Source: Defluviitaleaceae bacterium (GTDB lineage: Bacteria; Bacillota; Clostridia; Lachnospirales; WQUN01). From it: a DNA stretch of 59,021 nt. Position 1 is the first letter of the stretch. Each line of letters opens with the position of its first letter. Under the pieces are notes generated by a model. The model did no database searches and was not told the DNA's origin. It saw nothing but the letters and a program-made list of their open reading frames with translations. Positions 28,371 to 37,883 of this stretch are shown here, one piece after another. Position numbers and translations under genes: made by a program. The stretch lies in the NCBI GenBank assembly GCA_009786975.1, contig WRGX01000219.1, positions 1-59,021 on the forward strand, given 5' to 3'.

Positions 28371-28877
28371 TTAGGGCGTTCCGAACAGCTCCCGCAGAAC
28401 TTTCAACGTCACAAGAGCGTCTTTGAATGCAAAAAGTTCGATTTGTCGAATAAGTACCTTTGTTTCCGGGATTTTTTCGATTTCGGCAATAAGCTGGGTG
28501 CAGGACGCGTCGCTTGCGATAAGCAGGGCTTCCAGCCTGTCAAAAAGCGCGGTCTGCTCGTCTGACGCGGGCGGAAGTCCGTCGTCGTTTAAAATGCCCG
28601 ATGCCGCAATTTTCGCCAAAACATGGTCAAGCTCGCATTCTAATGCCTGCATATCAGGCTCTTTCGGGAGCTTTTTCTTGCGAAGCGTCTGCTCCACTTT
28701 AAGCGAGGCTTCGCGCAAGGTTTCCTCGTCGATTAATGCGGCGAGGCTTTTTAATGTGTGGGCAATTCGGTGCGCCGTCGCAAGGTGATTCGAGGCAATT
28801 TCTGCCCGCAAATCGTGAATTGTGTACCTTTGAGCCTTTGCAAAATCTCGGCGATAACGTACTGTTTCTCGTGTCAT
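28371..28877 (-). CDS. Hpt (histidine phosphotransfer) domain protein
   Basis: HLATAHRIAHTLKSLAALI matches the HxxKG/S phosphotransfer motif. SD AAGGGGG. Confidence 0.7.
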   Translation of the reverse strand: MTRETVRYRRDFAKAQRYTIHDLRAEIASNHLATAHRIAHTLKSLAALIDEETLREASLKVEQTLRKKKLPKEPDMQALECELDHVLAKIAASGILNDDGLPPASDEQTALFDRLEALLIASDASCTQLIAEIEKIPETKVLIRQIELFAFKDALVTLKVLRELFGTP

Positions 28878-28887
28878 GTGTTCCCCC

Positions 28888-29319
28888 TTAGGATTTTTTC
28901 AGTATTTTTTCTACCCTCTGAAGCACATCTTCCTCAACAAACGGTTTCCCGATAAAATCCGCCGCGCCAAGGGCGAAACCGCGCTCCTTGTCCTCGGGCT
29001 CGGTCGCGCCCGATAAAAAAATGACGGGAATTTTTTTTATTTCCTCGTCCTGTTTCAGTATTTTTATAACTTCAAACCCGTCTTGCCCCGGCATTTTTAT
29101 GTCCAATAAAATCAAATCAATGATTTGACTTCGGACGATTTCGAGACCGTCAACGCCGCTTTTTGCCACCCTGACGGAATACAGCGGCAAAAGAATTTGC
29201 GAAAGCGCGGAAATTATCATGGGCGTGTCGTCGATAATTAAAATGTTTAACCCACGCTCGTTTTCGCAATTAAAAAATGACACCATCTCGTCCGAACTCA
29301 CAGTGTCATTTTTTTTCAC
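28888..29319 (-). CDS. single-domain response regulator (CheY-like receiver)
   Basis: ILIIDD..DLILLDIKMPGQDGFEV..PVIFLSG..ADFIGKPF. GTG start with SD AGAGGGA. It ends 10 nt upstream of the Hpt gene. Confidence 0.85.
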   Translation of the reverse strand: MKKNDTVSSDEMVSFFNCENERGLNILIIDDTPMIISALSQILLPLYSVRVAKSGVDGLEIVRSQIIDLILLDIKMPGQDGFEVIKILKQDEEIKKIPVIFLSGATEPEDKERGFALGAADFIGKPFVEEDVLQRVEKILKKS

Positions 29320-29455
29320 AAAAATCCCTCTTTTCGTAAATTTTGCACGTTTTTGTTTAATTTTATCAAATCTTCACGCCATGTCAAGCGAAAATGTTTT
29401 TTAAGTATCCATGCCTTCGGGGACCCCAATATCTCGCCAAGCGGTTGAATCCTTC

Positions 29456-29482
29456 TCTCGAATCCGGGAGCAATTTCTCCCT
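29456..29482 (+). repeat. R90 tail fragment
   Basis: CTCTCGAATCCGGGAGCAATTTCTCC matches the CTCGAAGCCGGGAGCAATTTCC tail of the 13304 copy. It lies on the opposite side of the P31 hairpin from the full copy. Confidence 0.4.
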
Positions 29483-29497
29483 CTTAAGTATGTACAC

Positions 29498-29537
29498 AAA
29501 AAAGAGTCGGCGAGTGACACTCGCCGACTCTTTTTTT
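29498..29537. terminator. P31 palindrome acting as the atp operon terminator
   Basis: A6-GAGTCGGCGAGTG-A-CACTCGCCGACTC-T7. On the minus strand it follows atpC and one R90 copy. Confidence 0.8.
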
Positions 29538-29626
29538 ATGGACCGGTAAATGGCTCCCGGATTCGAGAGAACGTGCCGACGCCGACACATGTCCCCGGTG
29601 CCCAATGCGCGCTTGGCGCGCTTTTT
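29538..29626 (-). repeat. R90 repeat copy in the atp operon 3' UTR
   Basis: CTCCCGGATTCGAGAGAACG...ACACATGTCCCCGGTGCCCAAT, with GCGCGCTTGGCGCGC at 29607-29621. It lies 32 nt downstream of the atpC stop. Confidence 0.9.
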
Positions 29627-29657
29627 CAGTCAGTTTTCCTCCGCCGCTCATTCGTTC

Positions 29658-30092
29658 CTACTTCTCCTCGCTTTTCGCAACCTCAAGCTGCACCTGCATA
29701 CGGTGAATATCCTCGCGATATTTATGCTTTTCGTCCAAATCCGCAGTCCCATCCAAAAGCCGCCGAAGTTCCGACATTTCTTCCGAAATTTTCTGCGTAT
29801 CAATTTCATCCGGCCGAAACGCTGCGTCCGACAAAATCGTTACAACATCGTCACCCGCGTGCGCCACGCCGCCGAGAATCGCCATATGCGTCTCGCTGTC
29901 CTCGTCAAAAATGCGCAAAACACCCGTTCCGAGAACCATCGAAACAGGCATACGCCCCGGTAAAATGCCCAAGTCACCCGTAGTACAGCGCATAATCGCC
30001 ATATCAACGGATTTTTCAAACTTATACGGGCTTTTATCCGTCGCCATTGTCGGCGCGATTACCCGCAACTCAATTTTTTTTTCATCTGCCAT
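29658..30092 (-). CDS. atpC: F1 ATP synthase epsilon subunit
   Basis: SD GGAGGG upstream of ATG 30092. MADEKKIELRVIAPT..DLGILPGRMPVSMVL..ILGGVAHAGDDVVTIL. Confidence 0.9.
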   Translation of the reverse strand: MADEKKIELRVIAPTMATDKSPYKFEKSVDMAIMRCTTGDLGILPGRMPVSMVLGTGVLRIFDEDSETHMAILGGVAHAGDDVVTILSDAAFRPDEIDTQKISEEMSELRRLLDGTADLDEKHKYREDIHRMQVQLEVAKSEEK

Positions 30093-30172
30093 TTCTTTGC
30101 CCTCCGCTTCATCGGGGGATTCGCCCCTGAACCCTGGCACTGCGTGCGCCGGTCGGGCAGTTCCTTATCCGG

Positions 30173-31609
<1,437 letters not shown>

Positions 31610-31642
31610 TTATTTCCTGCTTGTCAAACCAAAGCGGTGTCT

Positions 31643-31737
31643 TTTTTTATGGGCCAGGAAACTGCTCCCGGCTTCGAGGGAATGTGCCGATTTCGACACA
31701 TGTCCCCGGTGTCCAATGCGCGCTTGGCGCGCTTTTT
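31643..31737 (-). repeat. R90 repeat copy inside the atp operon (atpG-atpD spacer)
   Basis: GGAAACTGCTCCCGGCTTCGAGGGAATG...ACACATGTCCCCGGTGTCCAAT, with GCGCGCTTGGCGCGC at 31718-31732. No P31 or other strong terminator lies next to it. Confidence 0.9.
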
Positions 31738-31856
31738 ATTTAAACTCGCCCCAATTCTCGCTCAAAAGTGCCGATTTGTTCTCAAAATCAATTTGATAGC
31801 GTATTGCGTGGTGATCTTTTATAAGCATTCCGTCGGTTAGGCGAATAGACGTCCTC

Positions 31857-32786
31857 CTACTGCAACGCATTCGCGCCCGAAACAATTTCGGTAATTTCCT
31901 GCGTAATCGCGCTTTGGCGTTGGCGGTTAAATTGGAGGGTTAATTTTTCGATAATTTCGCCGGCGTTCTTTGTGGCGGAGTCCATGCTTGTCATGCGGGC
32001 GGCTTGCTCGCAAAGCGCGGACGATGCCATCGCGGCGTAAAGGTACATCGAAAGATACCACGGAATCAAGCTCCGAAGCACGTTTTCAATTCCCGATTCA
32101 AATTCAACTTCCTGATTCAGCGACGACGCAGGCTTGGGGTCAGGTTTTGCGAAAAAGCCCAAATCCTCAAATTCCTCGCCGTCTTTCAGATTCGTGCCAA
32201 CAATGCAACGCAAATAATCCGGGTCGAGCGGAAGCACCTTGCGGATAATCGGCTCAAGCGAAAGCACCGTAAAAAACTGTGTGTACACAAGATATACTTC
32301 GTCGATGTCGCCTGCCTCATACATTTTGACGAGCTTGTCGCCGACGTCCTTTGCTTCTGTGAAATTCGGCGTTTCCGACGGCGGCGGCGCGTCTATGAGT
32401 TCCGCGTTGCGACGCTTAAAATAATCGCGCCCTTTTGTGCCTACCGGAATTATCAAAAAATCTTTTCCGTTTTGCTTGGAGTGCGCGTTAAGTGCCTTGC
32501 AAACGTTTGAGTTATACCCGCCGCAAAGCCCTCGATTACTCGTTATTAAAACGTAGGCCGTTTTTTTCACCGTTCTCGGCGCAACAAAAGGCTGCGACAA
32601 AGCACGCTCGTCGCAGACGGCGTTGTAAACAATATCAAAAGTAGCCTGCACAGGTCGCCCGACAGCCGTTTTATTGGCGCGGGCGCGTTGCAATTTCGAC
32701 GTTGCCACAAGGTTCATGGCCTGCGTTATTTGCGAAATATTTTTTACGGTTAAACGTCTGCGCTTAATTGCCTTCATTGAGGGCAT
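31857..32786 (-). CDS. atpG: F1 ATP synthase gamma subunit
   Basis: MKAIKRRRLTVKNISQITQAMNLVATSKLQRA and the C-terminal LTLQFNRQRQSAITQEITEIVSGA. Confidence 0.95.
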   Translation of the reverse strand: MPSMKAIKRRRLTVKNISQITQAMNLVATSKLQRARANKTAVGRPVQATFDIVYNAVCDERALSQPFVAPRTVKKTAYVLITSNRGLCGGYNSNVCKALNAHSKQNGKDFLIIPVGTKGRDYFKRRNAELIDAPPPSETPNFTEAKDVGDKLVKMYEAGDIDEVYLVYTQFFTVLSLEPIIRKVLPLDPDYLRCIVGTNLKDGEEFEDLGFFAKPDPKPASSLNQEVEFESGIENVLRSLIPWYLSMYLYAAMASSALCEQAARMTSMDSATKNAGEIIEKLTLQFNRQRQSAITQEITEIVSGANALQ

Positions 32787-32875
32787 ATCGCGTCACACTC
32801 CTATTTTCGCCATTCGCTGACACACGCAACGGCAAAAAACTTCGCCGCCCACTTGCGGCTCAACAACTTTTACCC

Positions 32876-34420
32876 TTAAAGGGTCGCTTTAAAGGCGGCG
32901 ATGGCGGATTCAACCTCCGCGCCCAGTTCCTTGCCGATTTGTTTCTCCGTGCGAATCTTTGCCAAAATATCGTCGTGCTTTTCTTCGAAAAATGTCAGGA
33001 ACGCCTTTTCCGTTTTTTGAATATCCTCAACGGAAACGCCTCCGAAATGTTTTCTCGTAATCGCGTAGAACAAAAGCACCTGATGCTCAACGGGAAGCGG
33101 CGCGCTTTGAGGTTGTTTCAGGATTTCAACAATGCGGCGACCTTGGTCGAGGCGGTCGAGGGTGTCTTTCGTCAAATCCGACCCGAACTGCGCGAAGGAT
33201 TCAAGCTCGCGGAACTGCGCAAGCTCCAAACGAAGCGGTCCGGCAACAGCTTTCATTGCCTTAATTTGCGCCGCGCCGCCAACACGAGAAACGGAAAGCC
33301 CCGGGTTAATCGCGGGACGAATTCCTTTGTTAAACGACTCAGATTCTAGGAAAATTTGCCCGTCGGTAATCGAGATAACGTTTGTGGGGATGTACGCCGA
33401 AATATCGCCCGCCTGCGTTTCGATTACAGGAAGCGCGGTAAGTGTTCCGCCGCCGCGTTTCTTCGACAAACAAGCCGCACGCTCCAAAAGGCGTGAATGC
33501 AAGTAGAAAACGTCGCCGGGATATGCCTCGCGACCGGGAGGACGGCGAAGCAAAAGCGAAAGCGCGCGATACGCAACGGCGTGCTTGGAAAGGTCATCGT
33601 ACACAACAAGAACGTCGCGCCCCTCTTCCATCCATTCCTCGCCGATTGCACAGCCCGCATAGGGCGCGATGTACTGCATCGGCGCGGAGTCCGACGCATT
33701 TGCGCTTACGATGCAGGTGTATTCCAGCGCGCCCGCTTCTTCAAGCGTCCGGGCAACACGCGCAACTGTCGAGGCTTTTTGCCCGATTGCGACGTATACG
33801 CAATAAACCCGAATGTCTTTCTCGCCGGATTTGGGTGCGCCGACTTTTTTATTTATCAGTGCCTGATTGATGATTGTGTCAATGGCAATGGCGGTTTTTC
33901 CCGTTTGACGGTCGCCGATAATAAGCTCGCGCTGACCGCGACCTATGGGAATCATCGCGTCAATTGCCTTAATGCCCGTTTGGAGCGGCACATTTACTTC
34001 CTCGCGTTCAATTACGCCGGGGGCAATGCGCTCGACCACGCGGGTTTTTTTGGAAAGAATCGGACCTTTATTGTCAACGGGCGTACCCGTCGGGTCAACA
34101 ACCCTGCCCAAAAGCGCGTCGCCAACGGGAATTTCTGCGATACGCCCTGTGCGTTTTACCGGGTCTCCTTCGCTGACGTGGTCATCCGCGCCGAGAAGAA
34201 CCGCACCGATGCTGTCCTCGTCGAGGTTCAGCGCGATGCCGTAAAGCTCACCCGGAAATTCCAAAAGCTCACCGCTCATGGCGTTGTTAAGCCCGTAAAC
34301 ACGCGCAATTCCGTCGCCTACGTGAATTACGCTTCCCGCTTCGGCAACGTCCATTTTCGCGGAGTAAGATTGTATTTGTTGTTTGATAATTGAACTAACT
34401 TCATCAGGTTTGAGTATCAT
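32876..34420 (-). CDS. atpA: F1 ATP synthase alpha subunit
   Basis: Walker [12 protein letters not shown], plus [27 protein letters not shown]. Confidence 0.97.
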   Translation of the reverse strand: MILKPDEVSSIIKQQIQSYSAKMDVAEAGSVIHVGDGIARVYGLNNAMSGELLEFPGELYGIALNLDEDSIGAVLLGADDHVSEGDPVKRTGRIAEIPVGDALLGRVVDPTGTPVDNKGPILSKKTRVVERIAPGVIEREEVNVPLQTGIKAIDAMIPIGRGQRELIIGDRQTGKTAIAIDTIINQALINKKVGAPKSGEKDIRVYCVYVAIGQKASTVARVARTLEEAGALEYTCIVSANASDSAPMQYIAPYAGCAIGEEWMEEGRDVLVVYDDLSKHAVAYRALSLLLRRPPGREAYPGDVFYLHSRLLERAACLSKKRGGGTLTALPVIETQAGDISAYIPTNVISITDGQIFLESESFNKGIRPAINPGLSVSRVGGAAQIKAMKAVAGPLRLELAQFRELESFAQFGSDLTKDTLDRLDQGRRIVEILKQPQSAPLPVEHQVLLFYAITRKHFGGVSVEDIQKTEKAFLTFFEEKHDDILAKIRTEKQIGKELGAEVESAIAAFKATL

Positions 34421-34424
34421 AAAC

Positions 34425-34955
34425 TTACTCCCCTTTAATGTTTTCTTTCATATCTTTTAGCATCGTGCGAACGGTTCTGTCTAAAAAATACCCATCGGCT
34501 TGGATGCTTATACCCGCGATAACCGACGGGTCAACCAAAACGACGACATCGACCTGCTTGTTCAGCTTTTGCGAAAGCAGTGCCGTAAGTTTCGTGGCTT
34601 GCGCGTCGCTTAGCGGTACGGCGGAAACGACCCTTGCGGTTGTTTGCCGCTTGTGCGTTTTAATCATGTCGATTAGCTTGTTAAGCGCAGGCAAAAGGAA
34701 GGCTTCGCGGTTTTTCGAAATAACGAGCCGCATAAAGCCCAAAAGGTCTTGATGGACGGTATCCCCGAATGCTTTTTGCAAAAACGCAAATTTTTCATTG
34801 GAAGTAATGCGCGGATGCGTCAAAATACGCTGCACACTATCTTCGGCGATATTGTCTCGCACAAGGGTTGCTTGCATAAGATAATCGTCCAATAAGCCGC
34901 TTTCTTGCGAAATATCGAAAAGCGCGGTCGCGTAACGAATGCCTAAATCTGCCAA
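34425..34955 (-). CDS. atpH: F1 ATP synthase delta subunit (OSCP)
   Basis: YATALFDI N-terminus, 176 aa, positioned between atpF and atpA. Confidence 0.85.
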   Translation of the reverse strand: MADLGIRYATALFDISQESGLLDDYLMQATLVRDNIAEDSVQRILTHPRITSNEKFAFLQKAFGDTVHQDLLGFMRLVISKNREAFLLPALNKLIDMIKTHKRQTTARVVSAVPLSDAQATKLTALLSQKLNKQVDVVVLVDPSVIAGISIQADGYFLDRTVRTMLKDMKENIKGE

Positions 34956-34968
34956 CGTTAAGCCCCCC

Positions 34969-35565
34969 TTACGCCGTCACGGCTTCAGTATAGATTGCCG
35001 TGGTGGCTTCGAGTTCAGCCATTGCTTCGTCGAATAATTTTTCGTGCGCTTTGGCGTCAACGCTTGCGGAAATCAGCTTCGCGGCCATGTCTGTCGAAAT
35101 ATCGACGATTGCTTGATGTACCGTGCCCTTGATTTGCTCAAGCTCGTTTGCGACATCGCGGGCGGCGCGTTCTTTCACATCTTGGGCTTCGGCTTTCGCT
35201 TCGTCCAACATTTTTGCGCGCCTTTCGCTTGCGGCTTTACGCGCTTCGTCCAAGATTTCGGCGCGTTCCGTTTCGATTTCTCTGACCTTTTGTTCGTACA
35301 TCGCCTTCAATTCCGCTGCGCTTGCCTTGCTTAGCGCGGCGTCGTTAATGTCGCCCTCAACGCGGTCCGCGCGGGCTTGAAGGATTTTCTTAACGGGCTT
35401 GTATAAAAGCCACGTTAGGAATGCCGCCGTTAAAATAAAGCTCAAAAGCGGCGGTATCATGTTCACGAACATGGGCAGATCCATGTCGAGAAGCGGGCGA
35501 TAGCGATATACTACATCGCCTTCGGCACTCAAAAAAAATAGGAATTGAGGATTCAATTGAACCAT
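34969..35565 (-). CDS. atpF: Fo ATP synthase b subunit
   Basis: Single N-terminal TM followed by a long charged helix (ARADRVEGDINDA...AEAQDVKERAARD). The start is uncertain: ATG 35565 abuts the SD, and TTG 35556 has better spacing. Confidence 0.85.
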   Translation of the reverse strand: MVQLNPQFLFFLSAEGDVVYRYRPLLDMDLPMFVNMIPPLLSFILTAAFLTWLLYKPVKKILQARADRVEGDINDAALSKASAAELKAMYEQKVREIETERAEILDEARKAASERRAKMLDEAKAEAQDVKERAARDVANELEQIKGTVHQAIVDISTDMAAKLISASVDAKAHEKLFDEAMAELEATTAIYTEAVTA

Positions 35566-35574
35566 CCCCTCATT

Positions 35575-35877
35575 TTAAGCTACGAACGGTAAAACTGCTG
35601 ATGCAAGTTCATAAAGTTCGAACAATCTGTCCATAAACGGATTTGCGAAAATCAAAAGGAATGAAATCAACAAGCCGTACACACCCGCTGTTTCCGCGAA
35701 ACCGCAACCGATAAACATCGTCGTGGTAATTGAACCCTTCGCTTCGGGTTGACGTCCGATTGCCTCAACGGCGTGGGCGGCAACGTTTCCTTGCCCGATT
35801 GTTGTCAAAAGACCGTTCAAGAGTGCGATTGCAGCCGCAATGTTGGACAAACCAACGGCTAATGCCAATGCGTCCAT
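35575..35877 (-). CDS. atpE: Fo ATP synthase c subunit
   Basis: Hairpin protein with the loop GRQPEAKG and the carboxylate in GFAETAGVYGL. Confidence 0.9.
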   Translation of the reverse strand: MDALALAVGLSNIAAAIALLNGLLTTIGQGNVAAHAVEAIGRQPEAKGSITTTMFIGCGFAETAGVYGLLISFLLIFANPFMDRLFELYELASAVLPFVA

Positions 35878-35958
35878 AAAAATTCCTCCTTGAAAATAAT
35901 TTTTATCTCAACCTGAAGCCTTCACGAATTTTCGGCGTGTAGCCCGTAAAAATTCGTG

Positions 35959-36654
35959 TCAACTGTCCGCCGCGATGCTTACAAAAGTAAGGCTTAGCAT
36001 CGTGAAAATGACAGCTTGCAAGGCCCCGGCAGCAAGATCGAAGTAAATATGAAGCGGGACGGGTAAAACCAAACGTGTGATAAAGGGCGCAATGCCGTAT
36101 AACAGCGACAAAAGTATCATGCCGCCCAAGATATTGCCGAATAAACGGAAGCTGAGCGAAATCGGCCGCGCAAGCTCGCCGATTACGTTAAGCGGCGCGA
36201 AAACGAAAACCGGTTCCAAAAAAATGCCTTTTAAGTACGCTTTCGGGCGGTGACGAACCCCCGCGAACTGTATAAGGAAGAAAGACAACAAGGCAAGCGG
36301 AAAAGTCATTCCCCAGTCCGCCGTCGGCGGGCGAACACCCGGAACAATGCCTATCATGTTTGATATAAGCAGAAATACCAACAGTGAGAAAAACCACGGC
36401 GAAAGGTACGCAACCACGTCACTTGTGTTACTTTTATAGAATTTTTCCCATCCGTCAATGCAAATTTCCATCACGTTTTGAAATCCTGTCGGCTTTACCA
36501 TTGGGTCCCAATTGCGGGATTTTATGCGGACGATTAGCGCGAGGAATAAAAGCAGGCCCATAACAATCCATATGCTTATGGTTGTATCGGTGATTAAAAA
36601 TTCGATTGTGTCGGTTACTCTGAAACTGCCGAAGACGTTGATGTTAAAGTCCAT
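35959..36654 (-). CDS. atpB: Fo ATP synthase a subunit
   Basis: The conserved Arg region LSFRLFGNILGG, and multiple TM segments. Confidence 0.9.
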   Translation of the reverse strand: MDFNINVFGSFRVTDTIEFLITDTTISIWIVMGLLLFLALIVRIKSRNWDPMVKPTGFQNVMEICIDGWEKFYKSNTSDVVAYLSPWFFSLLVFLLISNMIGIVPGVRPPTADWGMTFPLALLSFFLIQFAGVRHRPKAYLKGIFLEPVFVFAPLNVIGELARPISLSFRLFGNILGGMILLSLLYGIAPFITRLVLPVPLHIYFDLAAGALQAVIFTMLSLTFVSIAADS

Positions 36655-37237
36655 GTTTATCCTCCTTATCCGCGCCTATTGCTTTTAATTTGTCGATTGC
36701 GTCCTGCGTCGTGCTTTTTTCGTTTTTTGCAAGTAATTCGGGGTTATCTCTAAGTGCGTCGCGGAAAAAAAATCGCATCGAATGAGATGTAATCGGAAAT
36801 ATTAAAACTCCGAAAAACGCACCCATGAAATTTACATATTGCGGATTTCCTGCGTAATTTGTAGCGTTGGCATGAAGAAAACCGACCGCAAGCAGAACTA
36901 TCGCCATCGCAAAAAGCCGAATAAAAGACTGCCCCTTTAAGTAAAATTTTGCCGCCTCCGATTCGCGCTCAAGAGAATTTTTCACGGCACGTTTCAAAAG
37001 AAGAACTTTTGCGATATTAACCGCCGCCACCGCAGAAATTCCGGCGGCAAACGGGATTGTGTCATTTATCGTTACCGCCTCGGGGTTGCGGATGCCCATA
37101 ACGGCGGCGAATGTAAGCGAATCGGGGTTTGCCGCAAGAAGCATGAACAACGGGACACTCGCCACAGCCATTATACCCGAAAGCACGGCAATTACCAAAA
37201 TCATTTTAGTTGCAACGGTGTCTACATTGTACTCCAT
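36644..37237 (-). CDS. AtpI-like integral membrane protein (longer than typical AtpI)
   Basis: Hydrophobic 197-aa ORF overlapping the atpB start by 11 nt, at the canonical atpI position. Assigned by position only. Confidence 0.45.
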   Translation of the reverse strand: MEYNVDTVATKMILVIAVLSGIMAVASVPLFMLLAANPDSLTFAAVMGIRNPEAVTINDTIPFAAGISAVAAVNIAKVLLLKRAVKNSLERESEAAKFYLKGQSFIRLFAMAIVLLAVGFLHANATNYAGNPQYVNFMGAFFGVLIFPITSHSMRFFFRDALRDNPELLAKNEKSTTQDAIDKLKAIGADKEDKHGL

Positions 37238-37272
37238 ACTCGACCCCTAGAATCTCGATTAGAACTTATTGG

Positions 37273-37503
37273 TCAGAACTTTTTGGCGATATCAATCATC
37301 GCCTTAAAGGCCGCCATACAGCCCAACAGAGAAAGCACAATCGTAAGCCAGGGGCTTATGCCCAAAAGCCCGTCCAAAAAACGCCCGAGCAAAACCCCGC
37401 CAAGCACGCAAATCGCTACCGTTAAGCCGATATGCGTCATAACGCCCATCGCGCGGATAATATTTTTTCTATCCTGCTTGGAAAATTTATTATGTTTCTC
37501 CAT
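37273..37503 (-). CDS. atpZ: AtpZ/AtpI family small membrane protein
   Basis: 76 aa with two TM segments, MGVMTHIGLTVAICVLGGVLLGRFLD..PWLTIVLSLLGCMAAF. This is typical of the ATPase_gene1 family and of the first gene of atp operons. Confidence 0.7.
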   Translation of the reverse strand: MEKHNKFSKQDRKNIIRAMGVMTHIGLTVAICVLGGVLLGRFLDGLLGISPWLTIVLSLLGCMAAFKAMIDIAKKF

Positions 37504-37569
37504 TTATCTATAATATCTCAACAAAAAAAAATGTCAATCATTTTCGATTGCCATTTTTTATTATTTTGC

Positions 37570-37609
37570 AAAAAAGAGTCGGCGAGTGACACTCGCCGAC
37601 TCTTTTTTT
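37570..37609. terminator. P31 palindrome terminator separating the ABC gene from the atp operon
   Basis: A6-GAGTCGGCGAGTG-A-CACTCGCCGACTC-T7. Confidence 0.8.
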
Positions 37610-37875
37610 ACGGACGAGGAAACTGCCCCCGGCTTCGAGAGAACGCGTCGCCGCCGACACATGTCCCCGGTGCCCAATGCGCGCTTGGCGCGCTTTTTTA
37701 TGGGCCGGGAAACTGCCCCCGCCTTCGAGAGAACGCGTCGCCGCCTACACATGCCCCCGGTGCCCAATGCGCGCTTGGCGCGCTTTTTTATGGGCCGGGA
37801 AATTGCTTCCGGCTTCGAGGGAACGCGTCGCCGCCGACACATGCCCCCGGTGCCCATTGCGCGCTTGGCGCGCTT
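37610..37875 (-). repeat. R90 tandem array, 3 units, exact 90-bp period
   Basis: Head palindromes GCGCGCTTGGCGCGC start at 37679, 37769 and 37859. The array begins 8 nt after the ABC gene stop (37884) on the minus strand and ends at the P31 hairpin. Confidence 0.95.
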
Positions 37876-37883
37876 TTCATACG

